A stretch of DNA of 41,568 nucleotides from the NCBI GenBank assembly GCA_019058315.1, contig JAHPZH010000003.1:1-41568 (forward strand), given 5' to 3'. The position numbers were made by a program, and so were the translations under genes. Numbering within the stretch: the stretch's first letter is position 1; each line of letters begins with the position of its first letter. This document shows, one piece after another, positions 36,383 through 41,568 of the stretch. Source of the DNA: Candidatus Helarchaeota archaeon. GTDB lineage: Archaea; Asgardarchaeota; Lokiarchaeia; Helarchaeales; RDOG01. A model generated the notes under the pieces. The model had not been told where the DNA came from, did no database searches, and worked only from the letters and a program-made list of their open reading frames with translations.

Positions 36383-37601
36383 AATATTTTTCTAAATTAA
36401 AATCATCTTTAAGAATTTCATCTTTAAAATTAGTTACAGAAAGTTTTGATTTAATCATTTTCTTAATAGTCATTTGGTTCGTTCTATCTCCTAAAAGGAT
36501 AGCCCCAACCACTTTATTATCTTGAATTACGATTTTTTTATAAATTCTTTTTTCTTTATCAATAAATCGGATCTCTTCACTCGAACTGTCTTTTAAAATT
36601 TCTGGGGTTACCTTTCCCATAGAGGTTAAATCAATTTCCACTATTTTTAAAGTATTAGAGGGGATTATTTCTTCATATTTTGCTTTTTTACCGATAATGT
36701 TTAAGGCAGCAATTTTTGATTGTTCATACGCTACAGGAACGATACCCCAGACTCGGCCATTAAATTCTGCACAATCTCCAGCAGCATAAATATCCTCAAT
36801 ATTAGTCATCATCGATTCATCTACAATTATTCCCCGATTAACATTTATTCCTGCTTTTTTTGCCAGTTCGATATTTGGTTTAACACCAACAGAAAACACG
36901 ATCATATCAGCAGTTTTTTCACGGCCATCTTTTAATTTAACAGTTAATTTTTCATCTCCTGTTATTTCTACAGTGTCAGCATTAAGAATAACTTTTATTT
37001 TAAAATCCTCAAGAATTAACTTTAAAATATCAGCACCTTCTTTATCCAGTTGTCTCGGTAACAAGCGTGGGAAATATTCGCAAACTGTAACATCCAAATT
37101 TAAATCTGCCAAGCCTTTAGCAGTTTCTAATCCCAATAAACCCCCACCAATAACGATAGCAGATTTATTTTCTTTAGAATCTTCTATAATATGCTTTGCA
37201 TCATCTAAAGTTTTTAATGTGAATACTCCTTCTTTATCTATACCGGGAATGGGTAAAATATTACTTCTACTTCCAATTGCTAATAACAATTTATCATAAG
37301 TTGTTTCTTCCCCATTATCAAATTTTATAATCTTTTTATTTTGTAAAATCTCTATTGCTCGATAATTCCTATTGAATTTAATATCCCGATTAATATACCA
37401 TTCATGGTCACAAGTAGTCAACTCGTGTTGTTTGCATCTCCCACAAATAAATGATGGGAGTTTTATTCTTGTATAACTGTAATATTGCTCTTCTGTGTAA
37501 ATTTCTACCTCCGTTTCAGGGCTCTCCTTCTTTATTATTTCGCTAGCATTAGAACCTGCTATATTACCACCCAATATAACGACTCTCATATTTTTTCCCA
37601 A
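36372..37601 (-). CDS. FAD-dependent NAD(P)H oxidoreductase (rubredoxin reductase/NirB N-terminal-like)
   Basis: VVILGGNIAG, YDKLLLAIGS, VIGGGLLGLE, IYAAGDCAE, GAILLGD. Confidence 0.9.
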   Translation of the reverse strand: MGKNMRVVILGGNIAGSNASEIIKKESPETEVEIYTEEQYYSYTRIKLPSFICGRCKQHELTTCDHEWYINRDIKFNRNYRAIEILQNKKIIKFDNGEETTYDKLLLAIGSRSNILPIPGIDKEGVFTLKTLDDAKHIIEDSKENKSAIVIGGGLLGLETAKGLADLNLDVTVCEYFPRLLPRQLDKEGADILKLILEDFKIKVILNADTVEITGDEKLTVKLKDGREKTADMIVFSVGVKPNIELAKKAGINVNRGIIVDESMMTNIEDIYAAGDCAEFNGRVWGIVPVAYEQSKIAALNIIGKKAKYEEIIPSNTLKIVEIDLTSMGKVTPEILKDSSSEEIRFIDKEKRIYKKIVIQDNKVVGAILLGDRTNQMTIKKMIKSKLSVTNFKDEILKDDFNLEKYYGS

Positions 37602-37843
37602 TTTGATAAATTTTTGAATTAATTCTAAAATCTCTAATTTGAAATATAGTTATAATAAAATTTTTTTTATATATGTAAACCTTTATGACAATGTTATAAT
37701 CCGTTTTGTGGATTAATAAGGAGCAATGGCAAGCATTTCTAATACTCTCGAAAATATAAACGCAAACTTGGTCAAGTTAATAAATAAGCTTGAAAACGGT
37801 AACTATCAAACTCTCTTTTTTTTCACTTGCTAAAAATAAAAAA

Positions 37844-38158
37844 TTAGGCTAGGTCGTACTCTTTTACGACTTTTTTTACCCGGTTATGCTGCTCTTTTAG
37901 CGTCTGCTTTAAAGTCTCTTCAGTAGATTTCACAATTCTAATCATTTTTTGGTACAGCTCGTAGAGCTTTGTGGAAATTTCCATTATCTCCCGGCCCGCA
38001 TCAATCTCGAGGTCGGTCTTGAAGCAGTTGTTCGCATACAGCTCTAACGCTTCGGATAACCCCTTGACAGCTTCCGCTTCGGGCTTGCCCATGACCATCT
38101 CTCCAAGCTCGCGCAATGCATCCCCGAGCTTTATCGAACCTTCAAACTCTCTCGACAC
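37844..38158 (-). CDS. Helical hypothetical protein with foreign, GC-rich codon usage
   Basis: 104-aa ORF, GTG start; 34/60 GC at 38041-38100 against AT-rich flanks. Confidence 0.7.
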   Translation of the reverse strand: MSREFEGSIKLGDALRELGEMVMGKPEAEAVKGLSEALELYANNCFKTDLEIDAGREIMEISTKLYELYQKMIRIVKSTEETLKQTLKEQHNRVKKVVKEYDLA

Positions 38159-38296
38159 TTCATGTCATCTTTTTATTTCTTCTTTATCTATTTTGTAATT
38201 TAATATTTTAAAAATTAGTTTTTTCAATTTTTTAAATATTTTAAGACTAATAACATTTTAAAATTTAAAATCTTTTTAATCTTGGAGATTTTTAAA

Positions 38297-38416
38297 ATGG
38301 CAAAATGGCGTTGTTTAGTGTGCGGATATGTCTGTGAAGGAAGTCCACCTAGTTGTCCACCTGAAAGATGTCCTAAATGTGGTGCACCACGTTCTAAATT
38401 TAAACAAATTTCTTAA
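38297..38416 (+). CDS. Rubredoxin-like peptide (39 aa, basic, six Cys)
   Basis: Hand translation MAKWRCLVCGYVCEGSPPSCPPERCPKCGAPRSKFKQIS; GGAG SD; missing from ORF track. Confidence 0.9.
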   Translation: MAKWRCLVCGYVCEGSPPSCPPERCPKCGAPRSKFKQIS

Positions 38417-38578
38417 AATTTTTTTTATTCTTTTATACAATTTCAATATTAATTCTAGTAAATTGTGATAAGGAAAAAGACCAAAATTTAATTTGTGATT
38501 AGATTTTTTTGATATTTTACATTTTAAAAAGCAAAAATAATATCTGTTGTCACAAAATAATATAATCAAAAAGAATAG

Positions 38579-39316
38579 GTGAGAAAAATGCCAAAAAAAG
38601 CTAAAAGATCAAAGATAAAAAAGCAAAAATCAAAGAAAGTTAAGACTACAAAGCAAAAAAAATTAAAAAAATTTAATGTTAAAGTTGTTAAAGAAAAACT
38701 AATCCCATTTGAACCAATTATAACTAATATGGAAGATCAATATATGGTTGTGGTTGCAACTCCGCCCGGAGAACCGGCAGATACTCTTCCTAAAGTTATG
38801 CCCGCTTTATATGGAACGATGATGGGAATTAAAATGAGTTACCCAAAAAGTCAAAGGAGTGGATTTGGAGGTTTTGAAATATATGGACGTTGGCCCAATG
38901 CACATTTAGTCCCTAAAGATGAATGGGTAGCAGAATTAGCACTTAAAGTTGATAAAACAGCTGAAGAGTTTTTTAATACACATAAGGACGTTAGAGAAAA
39001 AATCTTAAAGAAACGCAAAGAAAACGCTCCAGGAGTAGAAGTACGTTTTGAAAAATGGGATTATGGAACGGTAGGTATAATATTACATATTGGACCATTT
39101 TCTGAAGAGGGACCGACTGTAAAAAAGCTTCATAATCATATTGTAAATTCTGGTTATGTTTTTAATGGTGTTCATGAGGAAGTCTATTTATCAGATCCGA
39201 GAAGAACTAATGAAGAAAGTCTAAAAACAGTAATACTCTACCCAGTAAAAAAAGGTACTGATGAGGAAGTAGCAAAATTCAAAAAAGAGCTTGAAGAACA
39301 TCAAATAAACTTTTAA
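38579..39316 (+). CDS. GyrI-like small-molecule-binding domain protein with Lys-rich N-terminal tail
   Basis: LHIGPFSEE, HEEVYLSDPRRT, LKTVILYPV. Confidence 0.85.
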   Translation: MRKMPKKAKRSKIKKQKSKKVKTTKQKKLKKFNVKVVKEKLIPFEPIITNMEDQYMVVVATPPGEPADTLPKVMPALYGTMMGIKMSYPKSQRSGFGGFEIYGRWPNAHLVPKDEWVAELALKVDKTAEEFFNTHKDVREKILKKRKENAPGVEVRFEKWDYGTVGIILHIGPFSEEGPTVKKLHNHIVNSGYVFNGVHEEVYLSDPRRTNEESLKTVILYPVKKGTDEEVAKFKKELEEHQINF

Positions 39317-39333
39317 AATAAAACAATTCTAAC

Positions 39334-39822
39334 TTATTTTTTAAATTTTGAATAATCGGTTTTGTAGTGAGTTTTTAACAAATTTGAATTGCCAGTGGCA
39401 ATAAGATTTCCTTCTAGATCATATATTTCTGAAATTGCATGAACAATATTTCTTCCTTCTCTAATAATTTTAGACATTGCTCGAATTTTTTCTCCAACTT
39501 TTACTTTTCCTAAATAATCAATATGAAGATCTATACTGATTAGAAATCCTTCATAACCTAAAGTACTTGACATGATGCCAATTGTTTCATCTAGAATGGC
39601 AGATTGCATACCTCCGTGGAGAAGACCTGTTGGGTTTGCCATTTCGGGTCTTATATCATATTCAAATTCAACTTCTCCTCTTTTAGCAGATATAACCTTT
39701 CCGTTTAACCATTTTGTAAATGGAGGAGCAGGAAAGTCCTTCATTCCCATACCTTTAGCAGCATTAAGGAGTTTTATCATTTGTTCCGATCTTTTTTTGA
39801 TTTTTTCTTCATCTTCTTGCAT
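39334..39822 (-). CDS. PaaI family hotdog-fold thioesterase
   Basis: NPTGLLHGG...LDE. Confidence 0.9.
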   Translation of the reverse strand: MQEDEEKIKKRSEQMIKLLNAAKGMGMKDFPAPPFTKWLNGKVISAKRGEVEFEYDIRPEMANPTGLLHGGMQSAILDETIGIMSSTLGYEGFLISIDLHIDYLGKVKVGEKIRAMSKIIREGRNIVHAISEIYDLEGNLIATGNSNLLKTHYKTDYSKFKK

Positions 39823-39834
39823 AAAAACATCTCT

Positions 39835-40824
39835 TTAAATTTTCACTAATATCTTCACAAATTTCCTTTCACCAGGTTTAAGATATTCTTCAAAACCGCT
39901 TTGAATATCTTTTAAAGGTATAATTTTTGATATTAGTTTATTTGGTTCGACTATTTTTTTTGCAACTAAATCAATTGCAGCTATTATATCTTCTCGATCA
40001 TGACCCCATGTTCCATGTAAGCTAATTTCTTTTAGTATCATCATTGATATAGGGAAAGATATATTTCCTCTATAAATACCCTCTAATACTATATTTCCGC
40101 TATTTTTTATGAAATCAATAGCCATAATTACAGTCTGTTCATTTCCAACGCAATCGAATATATAATCTGGTGTCCCACCGTTCTTTTTAAAGAATTTTCT
40201 AATTTTAGCTTTACTCGATGGTAAAGCATCTGTTGCTCCTAATTCTATTGCCTTTCCTCTTAAGTATTCATGGGGTTCGACAACTAGAACGTAATGTGGA
40301 TTTCTTACAGCACGTAGAACACTTAGTGTAGTTAAGCCGATATTTCCTCCCCCAATGATCAAAATTTTTTGATTTTCTGGAATTTTTGCTTTGTTTAACG
40401 CACGAGTTGCAACAGCAAAGGATTCTATCATAGCAGCCTCTTCAAAGGAGACAAATTCCGGGATTTTAAATAAATAATCTTTATAGACTTTAACAAATTC
40501 AGCAAATCCACCGTCTTTAAAAATTCCCATACTTCTTAACTCCCCTTTACCTAAATCTAAAACGGGATTTACTCCAATGACTTTTTCACCAATTGTAAAA
40601 TATGACTTATCTATATTTTCTCCAATTTCTGTTATTACTCCTGAAAATTCATGCCCCATAATTATTGGAGTCTGATAGTTTTTATTTTTATAATTAGATA
40701 CATCACTTCCACAAATTCCACAATAGCTTACTTTTACTATTGCATAATCTGGACTTACAGTTGGTTTTGGATAATCTTCTGTATAAACTATCTTTTTTAT
40801 ATCTTCAAAAATTGCTGCCCTCAT
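39835..40824 (-). CDS. Zinc-binding medium-chain dehydrogenase lacking the structural-Zn loop
   Basis: CGICGSD, GHEFSG, GGFAEF, IIGGGNIG; four-Cys lobe absent. Confidence 0.9.
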   Translation of the reverse strand: MRAAIFEDIKKIVYTEDYPKPTVSPDYAIVKVSYCGICGSDVSNYKNKNYQTPIIMGHEFSGVITEIGENIDKSYFTIGEKVIGVNPVLDLGKGELRSMGIFKDGGFAEFVKVYKDYLFKIPEFVSFEEAAMIESFAVATRALNKAKIPENQKILIIGGGNIGLTTLSVLRAVRNPHYVLVVEPHEYLRGKAIELGATDALPSSKAKIRKFFKKNGGTPDYIFDCVGNEQTVIMAIDFIKNSGNIVLEGIYRGNISFPISMMILKEISLHGTWGHDREDIIAAIDLVAKKIVEPNKLISKIIPLKDIQSGFEEYLKPGERKFVKILVKI

Positions 40825-40964
40825 TAAAGTAACACCTTAAAAATAAATTCAATTTGCTTTGGAAATTTCTTGTTTTTATATTACCATTCATTGAATTTAT
40901 TCGAAAGAAATTTAAATTTGATTCCACAAAATTACTTAACTTCTTTTTGCAACGGAGAGTTTTG

Positions 40965-41568
40965 ATGCGTAATATCTACTTAAAGATAGCTCTTTGTGGT
41001 AATGAAAAAGTTGGCAAAACTGCAATTGCCAAACAATATTCAGAAAATAACTTTTTAGATAATTATAAAATGACCATAGCATCGGATTTTATTACAAAAG
41101 ACATTACAATTGGCAATTTTCCCATAAAATTACAGATTTGGGATTTTGGTGGATCAGATAGATTTGCAGATTTACGCCCTATGTATTATAAGGGTTTAAA
41201 AGGAGCTGTATTTATATTTGATCTGGGAAATAGACAGTCATTTGAAAATCTAGATAAATGGTTTAACGAAGTAAGACCTGATGAAAAAGGAGCAAAATAC
41301 ATTATAGTTGGAAATAAGAGTGATTTGATAGAACGCAAAGTGACAACTGATGAAGGAAGGAATTATGCTTCAAAACGAAACACTGATTATTTTGAAATTT
41401 CCGCTAAAACTGGAGATAATATTGCTCAAGCATTTGAAACATTAGCAGAAAAAATAATAGCACCTTTAGTTGAAGCAGTAAAACCGACTATTCTTGCAAC
41501 TGAACCAGTAACCACTACTCCCGAGCCGGTAACTACTACACCCGAACCGGTGACGACTACTCCCGAGC
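40965..41568 (+). CDS. Rab-like small GTPase with Pro/Thr-rich repeat tail (runs off window end)
   Basis: Hand translation: GNEKVGKT, YKMTIASDF, WDFGGS, GNKSD, EISAK, then (EPVTTTP)n; not in ORF track. Confidence 0.9.
   Translation, partial: MRNIYLKIALCGNEKVGKTAIAKQYSENNFLDNYKMTIASDFITKDITIGNFPIKLQIWDFGGSDRFADLRPMYYKGLKGAVFIFDLGNRQSFENLDKWFNEVRPDEKGAKYIIVGNKSDLIERKVTTDEGRNYASKRNTDYFEISAKTGDNIAQAFETLAEKIIAPLVEAVKPTILATEPVTTTPEPVTTTPEPVTTTPE
41502..41568 (+). repeat. 21-bp coding tandem repeat (EPVTTTP), at least 3 copies
   Basis: gaaccagtaaccactactccc gagccggtaactactacaccc gaaccggtgacgactactccc gag. Confidence 0.9.

Noticed and set aside
37844-38158. Faint resemblance to BAR-domain helices
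   Set aside because: Too short and only a generic amphipathic pattern; not supportable without a structure search.
37971-38198. 75-aa plus-strand ORF in the track
   Set aside because: Ser-rich antisense shadow of 37844-38158.
38315-38569. 84-aa minus-strand ORF in the track
   Set aside because: Shadow of the rubredoxin-like gene at 38297-38416 on the + strand plus AT-rich spacer.
647-39838. Other short nested or antisense ORFs in the track (e.g. 647, 1348, 1551, 2434, 6574, 7034-7986, 12750, 13085, 16730, 18238, 19798, 27222, 29214, 29867, 31400, 34158, 35583, 36198, 36720, 36973, 39572)
   Set aside because: They overlap longer motif-bearing genes and have no recognisable features.
1-41568. 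tRNA, rRNA or IS transposase genes
   Set aside because: No GC-rich structured RNA block, cloverleaf or transposase motif recognised.

Overview
AT-rich archaeal window, most consistent with an Asgard archaeon (Lokiarchaeia/Helarchaeales-like). That assignment is inferred from three Ras-superfamily GTPases, several longin-like domains and fatty-acid oxidation genes. The window has two parts. (1) About 1-19.5 kb is an accessory/defence island with patchy GC. It encodes 3-4 HEPN-like proteins, two Schlafen/AlbA_2 proteins (one interrupted by an in-frame TGA), an OLD-family ATPase-TOPRIM nuclease, a NucS-like nuclease, a CHAT-like protease, two solo Cas4-like nucleases, a YhaM-like OB-HD protein, a degenerate PLD-fold protein and a collagen-motif membrane protein. 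Its right edge carries an orphan 3' end of an acyl-CoA dehydrogenase gene (19521-19619). A palindrome-containing copy of the RNase III gene 5' end (12537-12582 vs 19653-19698) brackets a 7.1-kb nuclease cassette. No integrase, CRISPR array or tRNA is visible. (2) About 19.6-41.6 kb looks like host chromosome: RNase III domain, methyltransferase, enoyl-CoA hydratase and guaB; a eukaryotic-signature cluster (TPR-longin, uDENN/longin-Rab fusion, ArsR, Arf/Rag-like GTPase, solo longin); a redox cluster (two 4-Cys glutaredoxin-like proteins, CCG protein, thioredoxin, two unannotated 6-Cys rubredoxin-like peptides, flavoprotein reductase); and a Rab-like GTPase with an EPVTTTP repeat tail running off the end. 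All family calls are motif recognition by eye, not database results.
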